From Acidobacteriota bacterium (GTDB lineage Bacteria > Acidobacteriota > UBA6911 > RPQK01 > JADFOI01): DNA of 64,000 nt. This document shows, one piece after another, positions 40,605 through 50,847 of this stretch (the stretch's first letter is position 1; each line of letters starts with the position of its first letter). The DNA is taken from NCBI GenBank assembly GCA_036338435.1, contig JAYZCG010000026.1:8465-72464 (forward strand), given 5' to 3'. The position numbers and the translations under genes are program-made. A model generated the notes under the pieces. The model saw nothing but the letters and a program-made list of their open reading frames with translations. It was not told the origin of the DNA and searched no databases.

Positions 40605-41105
40605 TCAGACAGTCGAATATGTTTTTCGGTCATACACTATAAAACTGTATGCATAGTCATTATTCTGGTCTGGCTCATGATCTTCCGTCGAGACAAGTTT
40701 CCAATCTGATACGTCAAAGTCAGGAAACCGGATATCTCCCTTGAAATTTGCATGGATATAAGTTAGGTAGAGACGATCGGCAAGAGTAAGCATTTGTCGG
40801 TAGATTTCTGCTCCACCAGCAACAAATAGTTCGTCATTGTTATCTACTAAGCTCAATGCCTGCTCCAATGAGTGCGCCAACAAAACCCCTTCTGGATGAT
40901 AGTCCAACTGGCGAGTAACCACTATGGTCGTCCTCTCTGGTAAAACAAAGCCTATTGATTCAAATGTTTTTCTTCCCATGAGCAGGTGATGCCCTATTGT
41001 TAACTGTTTAAATCTCTTGAGGTCAGCTGGAAGTTTCCAGGGCAGGGAGTTCTGATCTCCAATTACTTGATTGGTAGAGATTGCTGCGATAATGGAGAAT
41101 CTCAT
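40605..41105 (-). CDS. folA: Dihydrofolate reductase
   Basis: 166 aa. IGxxNxLPW motif ([20 protein letters not shown]) and [11 protein letters not shown]. Confidence 0.75.
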   Translation of the reverse strand: MRFSIIAAISTNQVIGDQNSLPWKLPADLKRFKQLTIGHHLLMGRKTFESIGFVLPERTTIVVTRQLDYHPEGVLLAHSLEQALSLVDNNDELFVAGGAEIYRQMLTLADRLYLTYIHANFKGDIRFPDFDVSDWKLVSTEDHEPDQNNDYAYSFIVYDRKTYSTV

Positions 41106-41896
41106 ATGGCTATTGGAGCCCGAATATGTGGGTGGGGGTTGTAGTTCTCCAAATTAAATTGGGGGTAATCAAACTCGAAAATTGAAGTAACTTGCGGATC
41201 TAATTTCATTTGGGGCAATGTCCGTGGCTCTCGAGTTAACTGGAGTTTGGCTTGGTCGATGTGATTCGAATATAGGTGAATGTCTCCGAATGTGTGAATG
41301 AATTCGGCTGCTTTTAATCCGCAATGTTGTGCGATCATCATAGTTAATAAGGCATAGGAAGCGATATTAAAAGGTACTCCTAGAAAGATGTCAGCGCTGC
41401 GCTGGTAGAGTTGACATGAGAGATGGCCGTTTGCGACATAGAATTGGAAAAGACAATGACAGGGAGGCAGTTTCATTCGATCAATATCCTGCACATTCCA
41501 TGCGCTCACTACATGGCGTCGTGAGTTGGGATTGGACTGAATTTGTTCGAGGAGATTACCGATCTGATCGATGTGTTTTCCGTCACTTGTGGGCCAGGAA
41601 CGCCACTGATATCCGTATACGGGTCCCAGATCCCCTTCATCATCAGCCCATTCATCCCAGATAGTAACCCCATGGGCGTTAAGGTATTGGACATTAGTAT
41701 TTCCGGAAAGAAACCATAAAAGTTCGTAGATTATGGAGGAAAGATGGATTTTCTTGGTGGTTAGTAGGGGAAAGCCTTCCTGTAGGTTAAAACGTAGCTG
41801 GTAGCCAAAAACACTGAGTGTTCCAGTTCCGGTACGATCATCCCTTCGGATGCCATGGTCAAGAACGTGTTTGAGAACAGTGAGATACTGTTGCAT
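41102..41896 (-). CDS. thyA: Thymidylate synthase
   Basis: 264 aa. Classical ThyA blocks ([11 protein letters not shown], active-site Cys in the [11 protein letters not shown] motif). Overlaps folA by 4 nt. Confidence 0.9.
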   Translation of the reverse strand: MQQYLTVLKHVLDHGIRRDDRTGTGTLSVFGYQLRFNLQEGFPLLTTKKIHLSSIIYELLWFLSGNTNVQYLNAHGVTIWDEWADDEGDLGPVYGYQWRSWPTSDGKHIDQIGNLLEQIQSNPNSRRHVVSAWNVQDIDRMKLPPCHCLFQFYVANGHLSCQLYQRSADIFLGVPFNIASYALLTMMIAQHCGLKAAEFIHTFGDIHLYSNHIDQAKLQLTREPRTLPQMKLDPQVTSIFEFDYPQFNLENYNPHPHIRAPIAI

Positions 41897-42238
41897 GAGC
41901 GCATTAAATCACAGACCAACGACATGCATCGCACGCCAAAAATGTATACTAGGGCTACTGCAAGGATGTAGATATCCGTGGCAGGTCAGGGTGGGAGATC
42001 TAGCTAGATTTTTCAAAAGTGTGGTGACGCAAGGGCATATGTATAGAGGACTGCTGGCCAGTGCTAAGAACGAACTATTTGCTATATTTCCGAAGCCATT
42101 CGTCCTAACTGAGGTAAGTATGTCGTGCCTACTTGATGTACTATCACGGCCATCTCTGGGTTGAGGATTTCTTCGCAGATCGGCAGGTTTGCTACTGTGT
42201 GATGAAAAGTTTATATTTTCTGAATAACAAGAAGGGAA

Positions 42239-43657
42239 TTGAAGTTAATGGCAGGGAAATCGATTGAGACTGATCTAGTAGTTATTGGTGCAGGTCCAGG
42301 AGGATACGCTGCAGCCTTTCGCGCTGCTCAATTGGGAATAAAAACAACCTTAGTGGATTTGCGAGAAAACCCTGGAGGCGCTTGTCTTCACGTAGGATGT
42401 ATACCCTCAAAAGCTTTATTACATGTAGCACAACTTCTAAACAATGCGAAAAATGCCAAGCAATTTGGGATCCATTTTAAGGATCCTGAGATTGATTTTG
42501 ATGCCCTACGAGCGTGGAAAGATGAAGTCATTCATAGATTAACGGGAGGGCTTGCCAAGTTAGCTGATCTTTGGGGAGTCAATTTCGTGCAGGGGCATGC
42601 TACTTTCCAAGACTCCACAACTCTTTGCCTAGAAGATAGTGCATTTTCACAGATCAAATTTAAACAGGCCATCTTAGCAATCGGTTCAAGTCCTCTGGAT
42701 ATTCCAGGGATTGAAACTGAAAGTGATATGGTTTTCAATTCTGTAGACGCTCTAGAGTTCAAGGTAATTCCCGACAGTTTGCTGGTAGTGGGGGGTGGGT
42801 ATATTGGACTGGAATTGGGAACGGTTTATGCATCGTTGGGCAGCAAGGTTACCCTGGTAGAGTTGGGGGATGGGCTTCTTCCTGGAGTGGATCGTGATTT
42901 AGTCCGCCCATTGGACCAGAAGGTCAAAGGGCTCTTTGAAAATATTTACTTAAATACTGAGATTGTAGCTTTGCGAGAGACTAATGGAAAATCTAATGTT
43001 CAACTTAATAAAAATGGAGGTAAGTTACTACTAGATATAGATAAAATATTAATATCAGTGGGTCGAAAACCTAATTTAAATAATTTGGGTTTAGAGAATG
43101 TTAACGTTCAGATTGATACGTATGGATTTGTTCAAGTAGATGACCAGCAGCGTACCTCAGTTGACAATATTTTTGCAATTGGGGATGTGGCTGGAGAGCC
43201 GATGCTGGCCCACAAAGCTACGCGTGAAGGCAAGATAGTAGCCGAAGTGATAGCGGGACAAAGAACAAGTTTCGACAATATGGCCATTCCAGCTGTGATT
43301 TTTACTGATCCTGAAGTTGCCTGGTGTGGGCTTACTGAATCAGAAGCCACGAGTCAGGGGCGAGAAGTCAAGGTAGCTCGCTTTCCCTGGTCTGCTTCTG
43401 GAAGAGCCCTGACTTTTGGACGTGGAGAGGGTTTAACCAAATTATTGTTTGATCCTACAACCGCCCAACTTTTGGGAGTAGGAATTGTGGGAGTTCATGC
43501 CGGGGAGTTAATTGCAGAAGGGGTTTTGGCTATTGAGATGGGAGCTGTTGCTGAGGATATGGCCTCGATTATCCATGCTCATCCTACCCTGTCCGAAACT
43601 CTAGGCGAGGGAGCGGAGGTGTTTCTAGGACGATCCACCCACATCTACAGAAAATAA
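42239..43657 (+). CDS. lpdA: Dihydrolipoyl dehydrogenase
   Basis: 472 aa. GAGPGGY FAD motif and redox disulfide GGACLHVGCIPSK. C-terminal HAHPTLSE dimerisation motif. Confidence 0.85.
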   Translation: MKLMAGKSIETDLVVIGAGPGGYAAAFRAAQLGIKTTLVDLRENPGGACLHVGCIPSKALLHVAQLLNNAKNAKQFGIHFKDPEIDFDALRAWKDEVIHRLTGGLAKLADLWGVNFVQGHATFQDSTTLCLEDSAFSQIKFKQAILAIGSSPLDIPGIETESDMVFNSVDALEFKVIPDSLLVVGGGYIGLELGTVYASLGSKVTLVELGDGLLPGVDRDLVRPLDQKVKGLFENIYLNTEIVALRETNGKSNVQLNKNGGKLLLDIDKILISVGRKPNLNNLGLENVNVQIDTYGFVQVDDQQRTSVDNIFAIGDVAGEPMLAHKATREGKIVAEVIAGQRTSFDNMAIPAVIFTDPEVAWCGLTESEATSQGREVKVARFPWSASGRALTFGRGEGLTKLLFDPTTAQLLGVGIVGVHAGELIAEGVLAIEMGAVAEDMASIIHAHPTLSETLGEGAEVFLGRSTHIYRK

Positions 43658-43664
43658 GGTTTAC

Positions 43665-46352
43665 GTGATGCAAAGTTTGGATAGTTTCGGAGTGTGCTCC
43701 ACGCTGGAGATAAACGGTGAGGAGTTGAAGTATTTTAAGCTGACTAGCCAAGAGAAAGGATTTGGTAGTGTAGAGCACTTACCATTTTCCTTAAAAATTC
43801 TTCTGGAGAATCTTCTGCGGCACGAGGACGGAGAGATGGTAACAGCTGATGATATTCAGGCAGTGGTTAATTGGGAACCAACTGAGACTCCCTGCAGAGA
43901 GATTGCTTTCAAGCCGGCGCGGGTTATCCTTCAAGATTTCACCGGAGTTCCGGCTCTTGTAGATTTAGCTGTAATGCGTGACGCTATTGAGGATATGGGC
44001 GGCGATCCAGCGAGTATTAATCCTCAAATACCTTCGGACTTGGTTATTGATCATTCGGTTCAGATTGACTCGTTTGGGACAGCGGAGTCCTTTCGAATTA
44101 ATGTCGATAGAGAGTTTGAGCGTAATCTGGAGCGGTATACTTTTCTACGTTGGGGGCAATCAGCCTTTGACAATCTGCGTGTAGTTCCCCCTGCTACAGG
44201 TATTGTTCACCAAGTTAATCTTGAATATCTGGCTCAGGTAGTATTCAGATCTGAGCAGGAGGATGGCCTTGTTATCTATCCTGATACTTTGGTAGGAACT
44301 GATAGTCACACCACCATGATTAACGGTCTTGGAGTGCTTGGATGGGGAGTAGGTGGGATCGAAGCAGAAGCAGCGATGTTGGGCCAGCCTATTAGTCTTC
44401 TCATACCACAAGTTTTGGGGTTTAAACTGGTGGGAAAGCTACCTGAGGGGACGACCTCTACAGATCTCGTCCTTACGATCACCCAGATGTTGCGTCAAAA
44501 AGGAGTAGTAGGACAATTTGTAGAATTCTATGGATCGGGATTGTCCAGTCTCTCTCTTGAAGATCGCGCTACTATCGGCAATATGGCGCCGGAATATGGT
44601 TCAACCTGTGCAATATTTCCCATTGACGAGCGCACTATAGAGTATCTGAAGTTTACTTCTCGGAGTTCTGAACACGTAACATTGGTTGAAAGCTACGCTA
44701 AAGAACAGGGTCTTTTTCATATATCTGACAGTTCTCCAGCAGCATACAGCAGCACTATGGAATTAGATCTGGGGACCGTTGAGACGAGTTTGGCCGGGCC
44801 TAAACGACCTCAAGATCGTGTTCCGCTGTCTCAATCTAAAGCGTTATTCAACAATGCTTTGTCCGAAATGAAACAAGATCGTCCTTATGTCAGTGTGCCT
44901 TTTATCAATGACAATGATGAACCTATAGAAGCTAAACTGGGACATGGAACGGTTGTCATTGCTGCCATTACCAGTTGTACACATACCTCAAATCCTAAAG
45001 CCATGATTGGCGCTGGTCTTTTGGCTAAGAATGCTGTGAAATATGGTTTGCAGAGTCGGCCATGGGTAAAGACAAGTTTGGCGCCCGGATCCAAGGTAGT
45101 CACTGAATATCTGGAGGCAGGCGGATTGCTTGACTATCTTAGTCAGCTAGGTTTCCACTTGGTAGGATACGGCTGCACTACCTGTATTGGAAATAGCGGA
45201 CCACTTCCCGGACCTATTCTAAGTGTTATTGAGGACAATGGGTTGGTGGTATGTTCTGTGCTTTCTGGGAATCGTAACTTTGAGGGAAGAATTAGCCCTC
45301 ATGTACAGGCCAATTATCTAGCCTCGCCTCCGCTAGTCGTTGCTTATGCACTAGCTGGGAAAATGGATATTGATCTCTACCATGAACCTTTAGGTCAGGG
45401 CAGACACGGGCAAGATGTATATCTCAGAGATATCTGGCCTTCAGAGGATGAGGTGCTTCAAATCACGCGGAAGACAGTGACCAGTGAACTGTTTTCTCGT
45501 AAGTATGCAGACATTTTCACCGGAAATAAGATCTGGCGTAATCTTCACGTCCCTTCTGGAAACCGTTTTGTCTGGGACAACCAATCAACCTATATAAGGC
45601 AACCGCCTTTCTTCAAGGGCATGCCACGGGAACCTCTGCCTGTACGGAACATCCAGGGAATGAAGATTGTAGCCATGCTTGGAGATTCTGTGACAACCGA
45701 CCATATTTCACCTGCTGGCTCTATTCCCGAAGATGGGTCTGCCGGCAAGTACTTAATAGACCATGGAGTTGAACCTACTGATTTTAATTCTTTTGGTTCT
45801 CGACGTGGCAATCACGAGGTCATGATGCGGGGGACATTTGGAAATATTCGTCTCCGTAATCTTCTAGTTCCAGGAACGGAGGGAGGCTATACGTTGCATC
45901 CGTCATCGTCGAAACCATTGACGATTTACGATGCCGCTGTGAGATACAGAAAGAGCAACGAGCCGTTATTGGTGGTTGCAGGAAAAGAATATGGATCCGG
46001 ATCTTCCCGGGACTGGGCAGCGAAAGGGGCTAGATTGTTAGGTATTAAAGCAGTTCTAGCAGAAAGTTATGAGCGAATTCACCGAAGTAATTTGATTGGT
46101 ATGGGTGTTTTGCCACTCCAGTTTTTGGAAGGTGAGGATCGGAAGAGTTTGAGGTTGACCGGGTCGGAAACTTGCGATTTGCTAGGGCTAGAAGGCGGCT
46201 TGGAGCCACGGCAAGAACTAGCCCTTAGGGTGTCTGCCGATGATGGAAGTGTGAGGCAATTTTCTGTGCTGTGCAGAATAGATACTTCTAACGAGGCAAA
46301 TTACTATCGGCATGGAGGTATTCTTCACTATGTGTTACGTTCGTTGTTATAA
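43665..46352 (+). CDS. acnA: Aconitate hydratase A
   Basis: 895 aa. Fe-S cluster Cys ligands (SCTHTSN, GCTTCIGNSG). Swivel domain (SGSSRDWAAKG). Confidence 0.9.
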   Translation: MMQSLDSFGVCSTLEINGEELKYFKLTSQEKGFGSVEHLPFSLKILLENLLRHEDGEMVTADDIQAVVNWEPTETPCREIAFKPARVILQDFTGVPALVDLAVMRDAIEDMGGDPASINPQIPSDLVIDHSVQIDSFGTAESFRINVDREFERNLERYTFLRWGQSAFDNLRVVPPATGIVHQVNLEYLAQVVFRSEQEDGLVIYPDTLVGTDSHTTMINGLGVLGWGVGGIEAEAAMLGQPISLLIPQVLGFKLVGKLPEGTTSTDLVLTITQMLRQKGVVGQFVEFYGSGLSSLSLEDRATIGNMAPEYGSTCAIFPIDERTIEYLKFTSRSSEHVTLVESYAKEQGLFHISDSSPAAYSSTMELDLGTVETSLAGPKRPQDRVPLSQSKALFNNALSEMKQDRPYVSVPFINDNDEPIEAKLGHGTVVIAAITSCTHTSNPKAMIGAGLLAKNAVKYGLQSRPWVKTSLAPGSKVVTEYLEAGGLLDYLSQLGFHLVGYGCTTCIGNSGPLPGPILSVIEDNGLVVCSVLSGNRNFEGRISPHVQANYLASPPLVVAYALAGKMDIDLYHEPLGQGRHGQDVYLRDIWPSEDEVLQITRKTVTSELFSRKYADIFTGNKIWRNLHVPSGNRFVWDNQSTYIRQPPFFKGMPREPLPVRNIQGMKIVAMLGDSVTTDHISPAGSIPEDGSAGKYLIDHGVEPTDFNSFGSRRGNHEVMMRGTFGNIRLRNLLVPGTEGGYTLHPSSSKPLTIYDAAVRYRKSNEPLLVVAGKEYGSGSSRDWAAKGARLLGIKAVLAESYERIHRSNLIGMGVLPLQFLEGEDRKSLRLTGSETCDLLGLEGGLEPRQELALRVSADDGSVRQFSVLCRIDTSNEANYYRHGGILHYVLRSLL

Positions 46353-46492
46353 GCAAACTGCAATACTGTGGAAAATGATGAATACAAACATTATATTCAG
46401 GACTTCGCATTGCATAAAAATATGAAATTGAAAGTCGTGGATGCAGGCTTGTGTTTGATCTTGGTGACACAATCTATTAGCCTCAGCTCAGA

Positions 46493-47173
46493 ATGACGGG
46501 AGACGTTGTTGATTTTCCGGACATTGCAGAGATCCCCATCTTTCCGCTGCCCAATACGGTTTTGTTTCCCCGCACATTCCTCCCTCTTCACATTTTCGAA
46601 CCGCGTTACAAGCAGATGGTTACAGACGTTCTGGGAGGCAGTCGACAGATTGGGATGGCATTACTTCAACCTGGTTGGGAGGATAACCCTCAAGGCAATC
46701 CGGAGGTATTTGGCACTGGAGGCACGGGACTGATCACGGAGTACAAGAACCTTGAAGAGGGTAAGTACAATATCCTGCTAAATGGCTGTTACCGTTTTAG
46801 GATTATGGAGTTTACCCAAGAAGTGCCATATAGGATTGCCCGAGTTGAATTGTTAAAAGAGATTATCCCAAGTGGACGGGAAGCAAATGAAATTGCAAAT
46901 GAACTGGCACTAAGTATCGATAAGCTAAATGCAGAAAAGGTTTTTTCCGAAGTTAATCTGAATCTATCGGATAAGCTGGACTTCACAACACTGGTCAATT
47001 CAATCTGTTCCTCACTAAACCTTTCCGTTTATGACAAGCAACAACTTTTGGAAATAGACAATCTTAAAACTAGAGCCAAGACCATCTTGGCAGTTCTACA
47101 ACAGCATATTTCAAGGGGTCGTTTCGTGTCTAAGTTTGATCATCTAAAGCCCGATGATCCGAGCGTTAACTAG
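46493..47173 (+). CDS. Lon N-terminal (LON substrate-binding) domain-only protein
   Basis: 226 aa. IPIFPLPNTVLFPRTFLPLHIFEPRYKQMV matches the start of the Lon N-domain. Confidence 0.6.
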   Translation: MTGDVVDFPDIAEIPIFPLPNTVLFPRTFLPLHIFEPRYKQMVTDVLGGSRQIGMALLQPGWEDNPQGNPEVFGTGGTGLITEYKNLEEGKYNILLNGCYRFRIMEFTQEVPYRIARVELLKEIIPSGREANEIANELALSIDKLNAEKVFSEVNLNLSDKLDFTTLVNSICSSLNLSVYDKQQLLEIDNLKTRAKTILAVLQQHISRGRFVSKFDHLKPDDPSVN

Positions 47174-47183
47174 TTAAAAAATA

Positions 47184-49235
47184 ATGATTCGATTTTTTCT
47201 TGTCCGATGGAGTACTCGGCTCGTGCTTTTGTGTGGGGCGGTGTCCATGGTAATACCTCAATCTGTACAGACTGCAGCAGAGGAAGGAACCATTCTCGAA
47301 GACGATCTCTCTGTTTTAAGTGACCGTATCGTCGATTATAAGATTGAAGTAGAACTGGATCCTACAAACAAAATTGTGCAGGGACATGAAATCCTGACGT
47401 GGCGCAATCGAAGTGGGAAAGGAGTTCAAGACTTCTGTTTCCATCTCTACCTAAATGCATTCAGGAATAATAGGTCTACTTTCGTTAGGGAAGGGCGTTA
47501 CCAATCACTTTGGGCAGGGGAGGAGAAGATTCCTGAAGACCATTGGGGGTATACCCAGGTGAAGTCAGTGGAGGTCGTGTCGTCTGATCAAGAAGTGGTT
47601 GGATCTGATTATGCTCATCCAGACGACGATAATGAAGAGGATCGTAGCGTACTAATAGTGCACGTGGACAAACCGCTTCCTCCGGGTGAAGAGATCCAGT
47701 TTCGCATTGATTTTGAATCAAAACTTCCGCGAGGCACTAGACGCACCGGCTGGTCTGAAGACTACTTTTTTGTAGCCCAGTGGTTTCCCAAGGTCGGGGT
47801 ATTTTCAGAAGAGGGATGGAACTGCCATCAGTATCACCGATCAACTGAGTACTTTGCCGATTTTGGAATCTACGATGTTTCCCTAACTGTACCTAGCAAT
47901 TTTGTTGTTGGAGCGACGGGGATGCGGATCAGTCAACAAGAGAATACAGATGGATCGATGACTCATCGCTATTACCAGGAGGATGTCCACGACTTTGCGT
48001 GGACTGCTAGTCCACGCTTTCTAAAGAAGACGGAGGTCTTTACTGATCCTACCCTGCCAGAAGTAGAGGTTACACTCCTACTCCTGCCCGAACACAAGGA
48101 TCTTGAAGAACGTTATTTGGCTGCAACTAGCCATGCTCTCCGTTATTACGGACATTGGTTTGGAGCTTATCCATATAAAACCATAACTGTTGTGGACCCG
48201 GCCTATCGGAGTAGTAGTGGTGGGATGGAGTATCCAACTTTTATAACTGGAGGAACCCATTTTTGGGCTCCTGCCACTGTACTGCGTCCTGAGGGGGTTA
48301 CTGTCCATGAAGTTGGTCATCAATGGTGGTATGGGATGTCTGCTAACAATGAATTTGAAGAGGCATGGTTGGATGAAGGACTCAATTCATGGTCCGAATC
48401 CAAAGTTCAGAAGCACACGTACTCTCCTAGCCGTTATATGGTGAGATTTTTCAGAGATATCCCGTTTGTTTTCAATTCAGTTGAAATTCCATTCGAAACT
48501 GCTTCCTTGTCCGCAGTTCGTAGATCTGGCCAAGACGATGTCATGATCCGGCGGGGATGGGAATATTCCAGCAATACTGCCTACCGAACTAACTCGTACA
48601 GCAAGCCGGAAATGGTCTTATGGACCCTAGAGCGTTGGATAGGGGAGAAGACGATGCTTGAGGCAATGAGAACCTTTTTCCAGCGATATAAATTCAAACA
48701 TCCTACAACACAAAATTTCATTGATACATTTAACGAAGTAATTGGCCAGGACATGAGCTGGTTTTTTGACGAGACACTATTTAGTTCTGAGTTGGTTGAC
48801 TATGCCATCGGAACAGCTAGATCTACAGAGATCCCTGAACGACAAGGAGTCTTTGATAACGGGATAATACAGCCGTTAAATTCTGGAGAAGAGGAGGGAA
48901 CTCGTCAACGAGAGTATCTTACTGAGGTGGTTGTTCAGCGACTCAAAGGAGCTCGATTTCCAGTCGATGTACTGATGGTTTTTGATGATGGCGAAAAAAT
49001 AAGAAGGAGTTGGGATGGACAAGATAGATGGGAAAAATACTCTTTTCAGAAGCCAACGCGTCTTGAATATGCATCAGTGGATCCCGACCGAAAACTCTTG
49101 CTGGACATCAACCCTACTAATAATAGTCGTTACCGTGCAACCGATAAGGGATTTGCTTTAGCCACTAAGAAATGGGCCTCCAAATGGTTGTTTTGGCTAC
49201 AAAATTTGTTGGAGACGATCGCCTTCATGGCTTAA
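47184..49235 (+). CDS. Secreted M1-family zinc metallopeptidase
   Basis: 683 aa. Signal peptide. HEVGHQWWYG followed by WLDEG (HEXXH-X18-E). Confidence 0.7.
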   Translation: MIRFFLVRWSTRLVLLCGAVSMVIPQSVQTAAEEGTILEDDLSVLSDRIVDYKIEVELDPTNKIVQGHEILTWRNRSGKGVQDFCFHLYLNAFRNNRSTFVREGRYQSLWAGEEKIPEDHWGYTQVKSVEVVSSDQEVVGSDYAHPDDDNEEDRSVLIVHVDKPLPPGEEIQFRIDFESKLPRGTRRTGWSEDYFFVAQWFPKVGVFSEEGWNCHQYHRSTEYFADFGIYDVSLTVPSNFVVGATGMRISQQENTDGSMTHRYYQEDVHDFAWTASPRFLKKTEVFTDPTLPEVEVTLLLLPEHKDLEERYLAATSHALRYYGHWFGAYPYKTITVVDPAYRSSSGGMEYPTFITGGTHFWAPATVLRPEGVTVHEVGHQWWYGMSANNEFEEAWLDEGLNSWSESKVQKHTYSPSRYMVRFFRDIPFVFNSVEIPFETASLSAVRRSGQDDVMIRRGWEYSSNTAYRTNSYSKPEMVLWTLERWIGEKTMLEAMRTFFQRYKFKHPTTQNFIDTFNEVIGQDMSWFFDETLFSSELVDYAIGTARSTEIPERQGVFDNGIIQPLNSGEEEGTRQREYLTEVVVQRLKGARFPVDVLMVFDDGEKIRRSWDGQDRWEKYSFQKPTRLEYASVDPDRKLLLDINPTNNSRYRATDKGFALATKKWASKWLFWLQNLLETIAFMA

Positions 49236-49237
49236 AC

Positions 49238-50209
49238 ATGAGACAAATTTTATCGGAGGGTTGGAGATTGCTAACCCGCCACAAAAAAGCAGTTTTCTTT
49301 TTCTATCTGACAAATGTGATGGTAGCTGCTTTTTTGCTGGTGCCTTTCATGGAGGTTTTTGATCATTCTTTGGGGCTTGGGCTCTACCGGGAACAGATGG
49401 TACATGCTCTGGATTATGATTGGTATACCCTCTTTGTAGATCGTGTAACGGGTTTTGCGTCTACCTTTGCTCCCTGGGTCATGGGAGCAGGTCCGTTCGC
49501 CAAGAACATGGAGGCATTATTAAATGGAGAAATCACACAATTTCCCTGGGAGATTCTCTGTCTGGGAGGGGTATATGTGTTTCTCCAAACATTCTTATTA
49601 GGGGCTACTCTGGGTTCCTTGTCCCTGAATCCAAAGGGAACCAGTACGCGTCAGTTCTTTCAAAATGGGGTCATATTTTTTGGGCGATTTTTTCGATTGG
49701 CAGTGTTGGCGCTTTTGACTTTTTGGGTCCTTGATAGTTGGATTATTGAGCCGTTGGCCTTCCTGGTGAATAAGCTTTCAGAAGGAGCACTTACTGACAG
49801 GGGCGCATCTGCCTGGAATCTGGTCTACTATCTGCTGATGTTGCTAGTCTTCATGATCGTTAATATGCTTTTTGACTATGCAAAGATTAAAGTAGCTATC
49901 GAGAATAGTACCAGCATCATTCTCTCTTTTTTAGCTGGGGTAAATTTTTGTAAGAAGCACTTTCTGGCCGCTTTCGGACTCTATCTTGGCATCACGATTC
50001 TGGGAGTAATTGGAGTTTTGATATACACGGGTGTGGAGCATGTTCTCCCACAACGAACTTGGTTGCCAATCGTGGTGGCAATATTTTGGCAACAACTCTA
50101 TGTTCTTGGTCGCTTGTCGATCAAACTATTTTTTTATACCAGCCAGGTGCAGTTCTATCTCCAAAGACAAGACTTTAAGCAGATCCCCGATATCCAGTCT
50201 AGTAATTAG
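49238..50209 (+). CDS. Polytopic membrane protein, hypothetical
   Basis: The ORF track starts it at 49172, overlapping the M1 peptidase. The ATG at 49238 sits right after the peptidase stop and gives a coupled start. About 6 TM helices. Confidence 0.4.
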   Translation: MRQILSEGWRLLTRHKKAVFFFYLTNVMVAAFLLVPFMEVFDHSLGLGLYREQMVHALDYDWYTLFVDRVTGFASTFAPWVMGAGPFAKNMEALLNGEITQFPWEILCLGGVYVFLQTFLLGATLGSLSLNPKGTSTRQFFQNGVIFFGRFFRLAVLALLTFWVLDSWIIEPLAFLVNKLSEGALTDRGASAWNLVYYLLMLLVFMIVNMLFDYAKIKVAIENSTSIILSFLAGVNFCKKHFLAAFGLYLGITILGVIGVLIYTGVEHVLPQRTWLPIVVAIFWQQLYVLGRLSIKLFFYTSQVQFYLQRQDFKQIPDIQSSN

Positions 50210-50280
50210 GTTCATAGCACACACCTAGGTCTCAGATATGTTTGTGATACCTTAATTCTGCACCCACAAATCATGTTGAA

Positions 50281-50802
50281 CTAGTGGATGTCCCGGTGTA
50301 TGAACTGATCTATTTCATCAGCCGTAGATTGACCATGTAGGATCAGTTCGAAGAGAAAATCAAAATCCCAATTGGGAGGAAGATTCATTCTTTTTGCCAG
50401 CTGTTTAGGTTCCAAGACATGTTCTTTGTCCATGATCATGGCTTCAAGGTGGTAGATGTCCAAGGCTCCTTGAGGGCACTTTTTAATTTCGATTGGAAGT
50501 TTACAACCTTTCAGAACATAAGCGATGTTTCTGCTCGTGAATCCTAGGTAGTTGTCTTCTTCCGCCGGAGGCCCGTAGCCAGAGTAGAAAATTTTTTCTA
50601 CTTCCAAGAGGATGCCTTTGCGGCTATCCATTAGTCGGTGAAAAAACATCTCCCCAATTTCGTTTTCCGGTACCACAGTGAGTAAGCCTTGAGGTTCTTT
50701 GCCGTTATCATCAAATAACCTAGAGGGATCATCCACTATGCCTGCGAGTGCATCTTTAGCTTCGTCAATGTTTTTGTATCGAACTGCTTTAATAAATTTC
50801 AT
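50281..50802 (-). CDS. Hypothetical cytoplasmic protein (173 aa)
   Basis: Clean ORF with balanced composition. No recognisable motif. Confidence 0.35.
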   Translation of the reverse strand: MKFIKAVRYKNIDEAKDALAGIVDDPSRLFDDNGKEPQGLLTVVPENEIGEMFFHRLMDSRKGILLEVEKIFYSGYGPPAEEDNYLGFTSRNIAYVLKGCKLPIEIKKCPQGALDIYHLEAMIMDKEHVLEPKQLAKRMNLPPNWDFDFLFELILHGQSTADEIDQFIHRDIH

Positions 50803-50847
50803 CAGAGTGACACTCTATTTACCACATGGGACCAGGGTTTTGTCTAT

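Noticed and set aside
41850-42164. 104-aa Cys/Arg-rich ORF in the thyA-lpdA divergent intergenic region
   Set aside because: It overlaps the thyA start, has odd composition and no RBS. More likely this is non-coding promoter DNA, and an sRNA cannot be assessed by eye.
42239-46352. lpdA-acnA adjacency (8-nt spacer) as an unusual operon
   Set aside because: Both are ordinary TCA/redox housekeeping genes, and the tight linkage is plausible co-expression. It is not remarkable enough to flag.
49172-49237. 64-nt overlap between the M1 peptidase and the downstream membrane-protein ORF
   Set aside because: This is an artefact of the longest-ORF start choice. An in-frame ATG at 49238 lies immediately after the peptidase stop codon.
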